Source: Planctomycetota bacterium
GTDB taxonomy: Bacteria; Planctomycetota; JAJSAM01
Direction of reading: 5' to 3'
Assembly: GCA_024274785.1 (NCBI GenBank)
Contig: JAJSAM010000024.1
Location: 27,880 to 91,879 of the forward strand
Length of the DNA: 64,000 nucleotides
The notes below the pieces were generated by a model. It was not told where the DNA came from. It did no database searches and saw only the letters and a program-made list of their open reading frames with translations. This document shows positions 17,472 through 25,993 of the stretch, piece by piece; the stretch's first letter is position 1; the number at the start of each line of letters is the position of its first letter. Both the position numbers and the translations under genes were made by a program.

Positions 17472-19969
17472 TGAATCGTGGTGCGGTCCTCGCCCACTAT
17501 CTCGGCATCGTCAGGAAGCACTGGCTCCTGATCCTCATCATCGCCGCGGTGGTGCTCGGCTCCGGGTACTACTACCACAGCCGCCAGGTTCCCGTCTTCG
17601 AGGCGAAGGCGAAGCTGAAGATCCTGAAGAAATCGCGCAACCGCACCAGCGGCGACGTACCCCTGTCCTTCGAAGAGGACCAGGTCTTCTACAACACGCA
17701 GTACAACCTTCTGCGGACCCAGCTCGACTGGGCGGACAAGGTCCTCGACCGCGCGGCCTGGCTGATGATCGGTGCCTTCGACGTTCCGTACCAGGATGAC
17801 CCGGAAGGGGCTGGAGCGCTGGTGGCGGAGGCGCTGCCCGCGGCCCTCGAGGCGAGCCTCTTCGATGTGCTCGACAACCACGCGGATGGGGAATTCGACC
17901 TCCTCGAGATCGAACGCGACCCGGTGGCGAGAGCGGCCGTTGCGTCGGTTCGGGCGAAGGCATTCGTCGGAGTCTACAACCTGGATCCGGACACCTTCTT
18001 GGCGGGGGTCAAGGTCAGTCCGGTGCCCGGCACCTATCTCGCGGAACTCAGCTTTCAGGCGAGGGATCGGGGGGTGGCGGTCTTCTTCGCGAACCTCTAC
18101 GCGGAGCTTTATCGGGATGAGTCCAAGGGTGAGCGGGAGGAGATTCTCGAGAAGGAACTCGCCAGGCTGAAGGCGGTCCGGGACCAGCTCGAAGGAGATC
18201 CGAATGACAAGAACGATTTCGGGGATCTGGGCCGGGCCAGGAAGGCTCTCAAGCAGTTTCCGGCCACGGCGAAGAACAAGTCGATTCTGGTCGGGGACCG
18301 GAAGAACGTCTTCCAGGAGGAGGCGGACGTCGTCGCCGGCAAGATCAACAGCCTGGAGACGGAGCTGATCGCGCGCCAGACGGAGGAAGACGGATTGCTC
18401 GAGATTCTCGCCGAGCACGGCGTTTCGCTCGTCAGGAAGGAAGGTGCGGCGGAGGATGGACGAGAGGCCGAAGCGGAGGGTGAGGTCGAAGGGCTGATCA
18501 TCGACGGGGACGATGAGAAGAAGCAGAAGACGCTCCTGTTCCTCGCCGAGACGCAACCGATCCTCCGCCACCCGGTCCTGGGGCGCGACGAGACGGTGGC
18601 CCTCTATCGGGGGCGGGTGCGTGCGGCGGAGCAGGAGTTCCTCGAACTGCCCCGCGATCTCACCGACGAGCATCCTCAACGGCAGAAGGTTCGGGCGAAG
18701 CTCTCTCAGTCGAAGCTTCAACTCGGTGTGCAGGTGGAAGCGAGTATCGTCCGGTACCTCCTGACCGGTCGGGAAATCTCTCAAACGATCGAGATGCTGT
18801 ACGCCCGCCTCGAGAAGAAGCGTCAGGCGGCCGCGGTGTTGAACCGGGAGATCGTCGAACTCCAGCAACTGAATGAGGATGTCGGCACTCTGGTCGAGGA
18901 GAAGGCCGCGCTCGATCGGCGGTGGGACCTTCTGCAGGAGATGAAGAGACAGGCCGCGGATGTCGATGCCGGCAACACCGATATCCAGAACATCCACATG
19001 GTTCGCCGCGCGCGCCTGCGGGATGCCCGCCAGACGCAGCCGAACACCAGCCTGATTCTGGCGATGACCGTCCTCTCCGCGGTCTTCCTCTCCTTCGGGG
19101 CGGCATTCCTGATCGAGTTCCTCGACGACACGATCAAGACCAAGGCCGACTTCGAACGTTTCGTCGACGTGCCCCACCTCGGGTACATCCCCTCCATCAA
19201 CGTGAAGGAGTACCGGAACAAGGACATCGCGGTGCTCGAGAAACCACGATCGGGGGTCGCCGAGGCCTTTCGCTCCATCCGCACCGCCATCCTCTTCTCC
19301 AAGAAGGACCGGGAGATCAAGAGCCTGATGCTCACTTCAGCCGGTCCCGGTGAAGGTAAGACCACCGTGGCGGTGAACATGGCCGTGACCATGGCGCAGG
19401 CTTCCAGCGGGAAGGTGCTGCTCATCGATGCCGACCTGCGAAAGGCCCGGGTGCACAAGGCCCTCGGCCTGGACAACAAGCTCGGCCTGACCAACCTGCT
19501 CATCGGCAGCGTGAGTCTGGATGAGGTCACACAGGCGAGCCTCGTGGATGGTCTCGATGTGATCACCGCCGGTCCGCCGCCTCCGAACCCCGCCGAACTG
19601 CTCGGCGGGGATCGCATGGGGGCGATCCTGGAGGAGGCCAAGGGGCGGTATACCAAGGTGATCATCGACACGCCGCCGTTGGTCGCGGTCACCGATGCCT
19701 GCCTGCTGGCTCCGCTCGTGGAGGGTGTCTTTCTGGTGATCTCCGTCGGCAAGACCTCCTGGCGCCTGATCCAGAGAGGGAAGGAGTCGCTATCCTCGGT
19801 GGGCGTCGAGACAACCGGCGCGGTTCTGAACAACATCCGCATCGGCGGCCCGGGCTATGGCTACGGCTACGGCTATGGTTATGGATACGGGTACGGCTAC
19901 GGCGGCTATCACCATGAAGACGTGGAAGAAGCGGGGGAACCGGACGGCGGCAAAGCAGTGAAGCAGTAA
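17471..19969 (+). CDS. Polysaccharide co-polymerase / BY-family tyrosine autokinase (Wzc/EpsB-like)
   Basis: GTG start overlapping the Wza stop. N-terminal TM helix, long periplasmic coiled coil and a second TM helix. Cytoplasmic Walker A (SAGPGEGKTT), Walker A' (VLLIDADLRK) and B motifs. C-terminal GYGYGYGYGYGYGYGGY tyrosine cluster. Confidence 0.85.
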   Translation: MNRGAVLAHYLGIVRKHWLLILIIAAVVLGSGYYYHSRQVPVFEAKAKLKILKKSRNRTSGDVPLSFEEDQVFYNTQYNLLRTQLDWADKVLDRAAWLMIGAFDVPYQDDPEGAGALVAEALPAALEASLFDVLDNHADGEFDLLEIERDPVARAAVASVRAKAFVGVYNLDPDTFLAGVKVSPVPGTYLAELSFQARDRGVAVFFANLYAELYRDESKGEREEILEKELARLKAVRDQLEGDPNDKNDFGDLGRARKALKQFPATAKNKSILVGDRKNVFQEEADVVAGKINSLETELIARQTEEDGLLEILAEHGVSLVRKEGAAEDGREAEAEGEVEGLIIDGDDEKKQKTLLFLAETQPILRHPVLGRDETVALYRGRVRAAEQEFLELPRDLTDEHPQRQKVRAKLSQSKLQLGVQVEASIVRYLLTGREISQTIEMLYARLEKKRQAAAVLNREIVELQQLNEDVGTLVEEKAALDRRWDLLQEMKRQAADVDAGNTDIQNIHMVRRARLRDARQTQPNTSLILAMTVLSAVFLSFGAAFLIEFLDDTIKTKADFERFVDVPHLGYIPSINVKEYRNKDIAVLEKPRSGVAEAFRSIRTAILFSKKDREIKSLMLTSAGPGEGKTTVAVNMAVTMAQASSGKVLLIDADLRKARVHKALGLDNKLGLTNLLIGSVSLDEVTQASLVDGLDVITAGPPPPNPAELLGGDRMGAILEEAKGRYTKVIIDTPPLVAVTDACLLAPLVEGVFLVISVGKTSWRLIQRGKESLSSVGVETTGAVLNNIRIGGPGYGYGYGYGYGYGYGYGGYHHEDVEEAGEPDGGKAVKQ
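19857..19906 (+). repeat. In-frame (GGCTAY)n microsatellite encoding the Wzc (GY)n tyrosine cluster
   Basis: ggctatggctacggctacggctatggttatggatacgggtacggctacggc. Confidence 0.7.
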
Positions 19970-20072
19970 GGCAGTGAGGCGGGGCGTGGCCGCGCCGCGC
20001 CTCGATCATCCTGAAGGCGGTTGCTCCCGGTGGTGTGCGGTTGGCACGGCGGCCGTTCCGCCTCCGCTTTGC

Positions 20073-21095
20073 CTACTCCCCGAAGAACAGGAAGTACCCC
20101 GCCGCCAGTGCTCCCAGCAGGAGGATCACTCCGAGGATCATCGGCAGATAGTCCGCAAACGACGATTCGTCCCGGGCGGGCCGCCGGGGCTGTTGAGGGG
20201 GGGGCGCTTGTGGGGGCCGGGCCGGTTCGCGGGCGGCGGGTGCGGGTGCCGGTGCTTTTTCCGGCTTCGGCACCTCCCGTTGCGGTGATGGGGTCTTCGG
20301 CTTCGCCCCGGCCTTCAGCGTGTCGAGGTCGAGGCCGAGGTCCGAGAGATTGGTGATCGGCGTGGGCGTGGCGTCCAGGCTGTCCAGCAGGCCTCCTTCG
20401 GGGTCCGTGAACTTGAGCTCGGTGTGACCGACGCAGACCACATCTCCGTCCCGCACCTTCTTCGGCTCCGTCAAGCGTTCGCCGTTCAAAAGGCAGCCGT
20501 TCTTGGATCCCATGTCCACGACGGTGGTCGTTTCGCCGACGCGGCGGATCATGAGGTGCTTCCGGGAGATCGACCAGTGCCGGAGAACGAGATCGCCTTC
20601 TCCGTCGCGGCCGGCGCGATACTCCCGGTCCTCTTCCGTGATGACGAGGGTCTGCCCTTTCTCATCGTCGTTCATCACTTCGAAGACCGGCGGCTCCCGG
20701 GTCTCCGCGAAGGAACCGAGAACCTCCTTGACCATGTTCATGGCCACCATGGAAGTCCGTTCCGAGGTCGATTCGTCGAGCGCCTGCATGGGGCGATCGA
20801 TCTTCAGGCTGTAGCCCGCGATTCTGACTTCGGCGCCCTCCTCGAGACGGGTTCGCGATCCCGGACCCACCTCGCGGTCGTTCACCATCGTGCCCGCGCT
20901 GGAGCCCAGGTCGACGAGGAAAGGCACTTCGTCCTCGACGATGATCCGGGCATGATCCGCCGAAACCTGCATGTCCGGGATCTGGATGTCGTTCCGGGAA
21001 TGGCGGCCAATGGTGATGAGGTCCTGGGTGAACTCCAGGTCCCAGGTTTTCTCCTGGCCCTCGATTTCGCAGTTCATCGTGATTTTCAGGTCCAC
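20073..21095 (-). CDS. Double FHA-domain protein with a Pro-rich linker and a C-terminal TM anchor
   Basis: Two FHA cores (ITIGRHSRNDIQI...GSSAGTMVNDREV and LRHWSISRKHLMI...GSKNGCLLNGERL). Pro-rich PKTPSPQREVPKPEKAPAPAP. TM helix LPMILGVILLLGALAAGYFLFF. The start is probably the GTG 5 nt after GAGGGAG (21095); the alternative ATG is at 21077. Confidence 0.65.
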   Translation of the reverse strand: MDLKITMNCEIEGQEKTWDLEFTQDLITIGRHSRNDIQIPDMQVSADHARIIVEDEVPFLVDLGSSAGTMVNDREVGPGSRTRLEEGAEVRIAGYSLKIDRPMQALDESTSERTSMVAMNMVKEVLGSFAETREPPVFEVMNDDEKGQTLVITEEDREYRAGRDGEGDLVLRHWSISRKHLMIRRVGETTTVVDMGSKNGCLLNGERLTEPKKVRDGDVVCVGHTELKFTDPEGGLLDSLDATPTPITNLSDLGLDLDTLKAGAKPKTPSPQREVPKPEKAPAPAPAAREPARPPQAPPPQQPRRPARDESSFADYLPMILGVILLLGALAAGYFLFFGE

Positions 21096-21478
21096 GGCAA
21101 CTCCCTCGAGGTCGCGACTGAAAAACGGGCAGACCGGGATTCTAGCGGGAGGCGCCCCTGCTGACAACGAACTCGGGCTCAGCCCGCATTTCTCACCAGA
21201 GCGGACGACCGGGGGATGGTCGCGGCGCATCGCCTTCTCGGTCTACCCTGCGGGGCATCCGCGCCGGCCTGCTCTGGTTCACGCTGTCGTGTCCGAAATC
21301 CAACTGGACGCTCCCGGACCGCCAGCACATTCGCCCGGAGGTCGACCCTCCATTGTGCGGCGGGGCCGCGCCGTGAGAAAGGCTGGGCCGGTGCATCGAA
21401 GGTCTGTCCGGGAGAGATGCCGGCAGGCTACAATCCGGCCTTGATCTCGAAATGTCAGACCGCTTCCCGCGAGGTGCC

Positions 21479-22786
21479 ATGCGACTCAAATACCTCTTTC
21501 TCTGGGTAACTCCGCTCGTGCTCGGGTCCATGCTGCTCGGCCTGTTCACGGCTCGCACGATGTACGCCCGGGAGAACCGGACCTACTGGAACGACTCCAT
21601 CGAGGAGAGAGTTCGCCTGCTCGTCGGCGCGAACTATGTGGACGAGATTACCGAGGAGCGCGGTCGCGAACTCTTCTTCACGGCCATGAAGAGCTACGTC
21701 CGGGCGCTGGATCCCTACTGTGCCTTCTATACCCCCGAGGAACGGCGGGCCATGGAAGTGGACACCAAAGGTGAGTTCGGTGGCATCGGGGTGCTCGTGC
21801 GCCGGATCGACGGGGCGGTCACCATCACCGGGGTTCGCCGGGGCGATCCGGCGGAGAAGGCCGGCGTCAGGATCGGCGATCGAATCGTGGCCGTTGACGG
21901 CGCCGAGATGCCCGACAAGGATGTCGTGGAACTGACGCAGTTCATCCGCGGCCGGCCGGGGGAGCCGGTCACGATCACCTTTCTGCGGGATGGCCGGAGA
22001 CTCGACCTCGAGATGGACCGGGAGGAGATCAAGATCGACTCCGTGGTGGGCGTTCGGATGATCGATGCCGAACGGGGCATCGCCTACTTCCGGGTGACCT
22101 CCTTCCAGGAGAACACGGGCGTTCAGGCGAGTGAGGCCATCCGCTACCTGCGGGGGTTCGGTGCGAAGTCCTACATCCTCGACCTTCGACAGAACAGCGG
22201 TGGAGTCCTCGAAGCCGGCGCAGTGGGCCTGGTGGACCTGTTCCTGAGCGACGGGCCGATCGTGCAGACCCGGGGGCGCAGCGAGGACTCGAAGCGGATC
22301 TATCAGGCCACGGCCGAAACGACTCTGCTCCAGGACGAGCCGCTGGTGGTGCTGGTGGACGGTGGCTCGGCCTCCGCGGCGGAGGTGGTGGCGGGAGCAT
22401 TCCAGGACCGGCGCCGCGCGATGCTCATCGGTGAACGAACTTATGGCAAGTTCCTGGTGCAGTCCATCCACCGTCTGCCGGAACTCGAGGTGGCGGTACA
22501 GATCACCACGGCGCGCTACTACACACCGTACGGCCGGTGGTTGCAGCGGGACGATGACCGCAATGTGCGCGGCGGACTGCTGCCCGACGTCATCGTTCCC
22601 CGCACCGATGATCAGACTCTCGTGCTGCTTCGGGACATCATGATGGACCAGCATGGCCTCGACATGCTCGTCGGTGAGGAGACCGTACCGGACCCGGACG
22701 ATGACCCGCAGTTGACCCGGGCGGTGAGCCTGCTCCAGGACTACGCGGGACTCGCCGTCGCCGGCAACCCGGACGAGGATGAGTAG
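21479..22786 (+). CDS. ctpA: C-terminal processing peptidase, S41 family (PDZ-containing)
   Basis: PDZ motif GIGVLVRR...GDPAEKAGVRIGDRIVAVDG. S41 core YILDLRQNSGG...LVDGGSASAAE. The ATG at 21479 has a GAGGTG RBS; the upstream ATG at 21452 is possible. Confidence 0.8.
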   Translation: MRLKYLFLWVTPLVLGSMLLGLFTARTMYARENRTYWNDSIEERVRLLVGANYVDEITEERGRELFFTAMKSYVRALDPYCAFYTPEERRAMEVDTKGEFGGIGVLVRRIDGAVTITGVRRGDPAEKAGVRIGDRIVAVDGAEMPDKDVVELTQFIRGRPGEPVTITFLRDGRRLDLEMDREEIKIDSVVGVRMIDAERGIAYFRVTSFQENTGVQASEAIRYLRGFGAKSYILDLRQNSGGVLEAGAVGLVDLFLSDGPIVQTRGRSEDSKRIYQATAETTLLQDEPLVVLVDGGSASAAEVVAGAFQDRRRAMLIGERTYGKFLVQSIHRLPELEVAVQITTARYYTPYGRWLQRDDDRNVRGGLLPDVIVPRTDDQTLVLLRDIMMDQHGLDMLVGEETVPDPDDDPQLTRAVSLLQDYAGLAVAGNPDEDE

Positions 22787-22845
22787 GCCGCCTTTGGGGT
22801 ATCAAGTCAACCAGGCTCAACTCTGGTCCACGCTCGCATCAAAGG

Positions 22846-22962
22846 CGACCGCCTCCGTTGATGCGCGGACGGCACGGAGGCCGTCCCTCCATTTGGATTC
22901 CGCCCCGGAATGGAGGGACCCGATCGGTCGGGTCCACGAAGGGGTGATGGTGTTTGCCGTTG
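22846..22962 (+). terminator. Cluster of three GC-rich hairpins downstream of ctpA / upstream of tsaD
   Basis: Hairpins ggacggcacggaggccgtcc, ccctccatttggattccgccccggaatggaggg and gacccgatcggtcgggtc. No U-tract follows, so function is uncertain (attenuator, sRNA or terminator). Confidence 0.3.
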
Positions 22963-23011
22963 TTGATACGCCGACGGCACGAGAGTCGAACCGAAAGGCT
23001 GGCTAGCCCGC

Positions 23012-24031
23012 TTGCTCGTTCTCGGGATCGATACCTCCTGCGACGAGACCGCCGCGGCCGTCGTGCGCGATGGCTGCCTTGCGGTTTCGAACGTCGTCTC
23101 CTCCCAGGTGCCTCTGCACCGTCGTTTTGGCGGGGTGGTGCCGGAGATCGCGTGCCGGGCGCACGCCGAGAACATCTCGCGGGTGATCGCCAGGGCGCTC
23201 GATGATGCCGGCACTCCCGCATCGGGCCTCGACGGGGTGGCGGTGACGAATCGTCCGGGTCTGATCGGCGCGCTCCTCGTCGGCGTGTCCGCCGGAAAAG
23301 CGATGGCGCTCGGGAACGATCTTCCGCTGGTCGGCGTCAACCACGTCGAGGCGCACATTTTCGCCAGTGCCCTTTCGGGAAAGGACCCGGTGCTGCCAGC
23401 GGTCGCGCTCGTGGTCTCGGGGGGGCACACCACGCTGTTCCTCGTTAAGGGGGTGGGGGAGTTGGCGGAACTCGGCCGGACCATCGACGACGCCGCCGGA
23501 GAAGCGTTCGACAAGGCTTCGGCCATGCTGGGCCTCGGATACCCCGGCGGCCCCGCCATCGAGGAGGCCGGCAGGGACGGGAATCCCGCCGCGGTTCCCT
23601 TCAAGCGTCCGTACCTGGCTCCCGACTCCCTGGATTTCTCGTTCTCCGGGCTGAAGACCGCCTTGCTCTACCACTCTCGCGGCCAGAGCAAACGAGGCCG
23701 CCGCGGCGACCTGCTCCCCGGGGTCAGCGTGCCCGACGCCGCGGCCTCGTTCCAGGAGACCGTGGTGGACGTGCTGGTCAGAAAGACCTTCCTTGCGGTG
23801 CGGCAGACCGGGGTCCCTCGGGTTATCCTCGGTGGCGGGGTGGCCGCCAACACCAGGTTGCGCGAGAAGATGATCGCCCAGGCGACGAGGCGCGGTGTCT
23901 CGCTTACCATCCCCGACAAGCCGCTTTGCACGGACAATGCGGCCATGGTGGCCGCGGTGGGCTGCCGCCTGCTGGCCGGGGGAGTGCGCGATCCGCTCTC
24001 CCTCGACGCTCATTCGAGGATGACGGGATGA
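23012..24031 (+). CDS. tsaD: tRNA N6-adenosine threonylcarbamoyltransferase
   Basis: TTG start. LVLGIDTSCDETAAAVV and GVVPEIACRAHAE are the Kae1/TsaD signatures. Confidence 0.88.
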   Translation: MLVLGIDTSCDETAAAVVRDGCLAVSNVVSSQVPLHRRFGGVVPEIACRAHAENISRVIARALDDAGTPASGLDGVAVTNRPGLIGALLVGVSAGKAMALGNDLPLVGVNHVEAHIFASALSGKDPVLPAVALVVSGGHTTLFLVKGVGELAELGRTIDDAAGEAFDKASAMLGLGYPGGPAIEEAGRDGNPAAVPFKRPYLAPDSLDFSFSGLKTALLYHSRGQSKRGRRGDLLPGVSVPDAAASFQETVVDVLVRKTFLAVRQTGVPRVILGGGVAANTRLREKMIAQATRRGVSLTIPDKPLCTDNAAMVAAVGCRLLAGGVRDPLSLDAHSRMTG

Positions 24032-24795
24032 AGAAGGAACGGCTGGTGGAGATCCTCAGCGCGGTTCAATCCGGCGACCTGACCGTCGCATCGGCCGCGG
24101 GGGAACTGGCGGACCTGCCGTTCACCGACCTCGGCTTCGCCCGCGTGGACAACCACCGGGCGCTCCGCTGCGGATTTCCGGAAGTGATCTTCTGCCCGGG
24201 CAAGCTCCCGGAGGAGATCGCGGCCATCGCCATGCGCCTTTCCGAAGGCGGAGGGCGACTGCTGGCCACCCGGGCCGACCAGGCCGCCGTGGACGCGATC
24301 CGGTCGGTGCTGCCCGACGCGGTCCATCACGAGCGGGCTCGCGCCATCACCCTGGATCGGGAGCCGGCGGAACCGACCGGACTCGTGATCGTCCTCTGTG
24401 CGGGCACGGCCGATCTGCCGGTGGCGGAGGAGGCCCGGATCACGGCGACGGCGCTCGGCGCCCGGACCGAGACCATCTATGATTGCGGCGTTGCCGGCAT
24501 CCACCGTATCCTCTCTGACCGGGCCCGGCTCTCCTCGGCCAACGCGCTGGTGGTGGTGGCGGGAATGGAAGGTGCCCTCGCTTCGGTTGTCGGCGGACTC
24601 GTTGACCGTCCGGTGATCGCGGTGCCCACCAGCGTCGGCTACGGCGCTTCCTTTTCCGGGCTTGCGCCGCTGCTCACGATGCTGAATTCCTGTGCCGCCG
24701 GAGTGACCGTGGTGAACATCGACAACGGCTTCGGAGGAGGCTATGCCGCGGCCCTGGTGAACCGCCTGGTCTCGGCATCGAAGGAGGTTGAATGA
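24028..24795 (+). CDS. LarB-like / PurE-related AIR-carboxylase-family protein (COG1691)
   Basis: ATGA overlap with tsaD. An N-terminal helical domain is followed by a PurE-like fold (LVIVLCAGTADLPVAEEA...VVVAGMEGALASVVGGL...IAVPTSVGYGAS). Confidence 0.7.
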   Translation: MKKERLVEILSAVQSGDLTVASAAGELADLPFTDLGFARVDNHRALRCGFPEVIFCPGKLPEEIAAIAMRLSEGGGRLLATRADQAAVDAIRSVLPDAVHHERARAITLDREPAEPTGLVIVLCAGTADLPVAEEARITATALGARTETIYDCGVAGIHRILSDRARLSSANALVVVAGMEGALASVVGGLVDRPVIAVPTSVGYGASFSGLAPLLTMLNSCAAGVTVVNIDNGFGGGYAAALVNRLVSASKEVE

Positions 24796-25937
24796 GAGGT
24801 CCCGACGCCTGTCTCGCGCTGGAAGACGGTACGGTCTTCAAGGGGACCGGCTTCGGCGCGGTCGGCGAATGCGACGGCGAGGTGGTCTTTACCACCGCCA
24901 TGTCCGGCTACCAGGAGATCCTCACCGATCCTTCCTTCTGCGGCCAGATCGTCACCATGACCTATCCCCTGATCGGGAACTACGGTGTGGTGGACGCGGA
25001 CCTGGAATCCGACCGGATCTGGGCTCGCGCTCTTGTCGTGCGTGAGCTCTCCCGGGTCCCCTCGAACTTTCGTTCCGAGGGGCGCCTCGACGACTGGCTC
25101 GAGCGCCGGGGAATCATCGGCATCGAGGGCATCGATACGCGCGCGCTGACCCGGCGCCTTCGGGTGGAGGGGGCCATGCGCGGGGTTGTCTCGAGCACCG
25201 GGGAGGATCCGGATACGCTCGTTTCCAAAGCCCGGGCGGCGCCATCCATGGTGGGGCGTGACCTGGTCCTGGAGGTCACCCGGAAGCGGGCCGAGGTCTG
25301 GACGGAGGGCTTTCTGCCTTTCGGAGCCCCCATGGAGTGCGAACTGTCCCCGTTCGAAGGTGACCGCCTGCCCATCGTGGCGATCGACTACGGCGTGAAA
25401 TGGAATATCCTGCGGAACCTGGTGAACGCCGGCTTCGACGTGACCGTCCTGCCGGGGACGGCGACCGCGGAGGAGGTGCTGTCGCACGGCGCCGCCGGAG
25501 TGTTCCTGAGCAACGGGCCCGGAGACCCGGCCGCCGTGACCTACGGCATCGAGTGTGTGAAGGGCCTGCTCGGCGAGGTGCCGCTCTTCGGGATCTGTCT
25601 CGGGCACCAGATGATGGCCCTGGCCATGGGCGCCGAGACCTTCAAGCTGAAGTTCGGGCACCGGGGTGGGAACCAGCCGGTCAAGGACCTGTCGACCGAC
25701 CGCGTGGAGGTTACCGCCCAGAATCACGGTTTCGCGGTCGATCCCGCGGTGTTCCGGAGAGATGACCTCGAACTCACCCATGTCAACCTGAACGACGGCA
25801 CGGTGGAGGGCTTGCGGCACCGGGAGATCCCGGCCTTCTCCGTGCAGTATCACCCGGAAGCCAGTCCGGGACCGCACGATGCCACCTATCTCTTCAAGCG
25901 GTTCCGCGAGATGATCCTGCTTTCCGAAATGGCTTGA
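24792..25937 (+). CDS. carA: Carbamoyl-phosphate synthase small (glutaminase) subunit
   Basis: LALEDGTVFKGTGFGA...EVVFTTAMSGYQEILTDPSF. Class-I amidotransferase triad region (GICLGHQ). AAGGAGG RBS. Confidence 0.9.
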   Translation: MRGPDACLALEDGTVFKGTGFGAVGECDGEVVFTTAMSGYQEILTDPSFCGQIVTMTYPLIGNYGVVDADLESDRIWARALVVRELSRVPSNFRSEGRLDDWLERRGIIGIEGIDTRALTRRLRVEGAMRGVVSSTGEDPDTLVSKARAAPSMVGRDLVLEVTRKRAEVWTEGFLPFGAPMECELSPFEGDRLPIVAIDYGVKWNILRNLVNAGFDVTVLPGTATAEEVLSHGAAGVFLSNGPGDPAAVTYGIECVKGLLGEVPLFGICLGHQMMALAMGAETFKLKFGHRGGNQPVKDLSTDRVEVTAQNHGFAVDPAVFRRDDLELTHVNLNDGTVEGLRHREIPAFSVQYHPEASPGPHDATYLFKRFREMILLSEMA

Positions 25938-25963
25938 CCCTGCCTTGCGTGGGTGGATAGCTT
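25934..25963 (+). promoter_or_regulatory. Sigma70-type promoter candidate (TTGACC-N18-TAGCTT) for purA, overlapping the carA stop
   Basis: ttgacc at 25934-25939 and tagctt at 25958-25963, about 30 nt upstream of the purA ATG at 25994. Confidence 0.35.
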
Positions 25964-25993
25964 GCTGCGTTCGAGTAACCGAGAGGCCTGAGA

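Noticed and set aside
20971-21558. ORFs 20971-21444 (+) and 21193-21558 (-) in the FHA / ctpA divergent intergenic region
   Set aside because: They are Arg/Pro/Ser-rich and overlap the RBS or start regions of both real flanking genes, so they are treated as noise.
22787-23011. Possible tRNA gene in the ctpA-tsaD spacer (contains GAGTCGAACCG reminiscent of a T-arm)
   Set aside because: No acceptor stem, D-arm or anticodon arm could be paired. The structure is three independent hairpins, so it is reported as a hairpin cluster instead.
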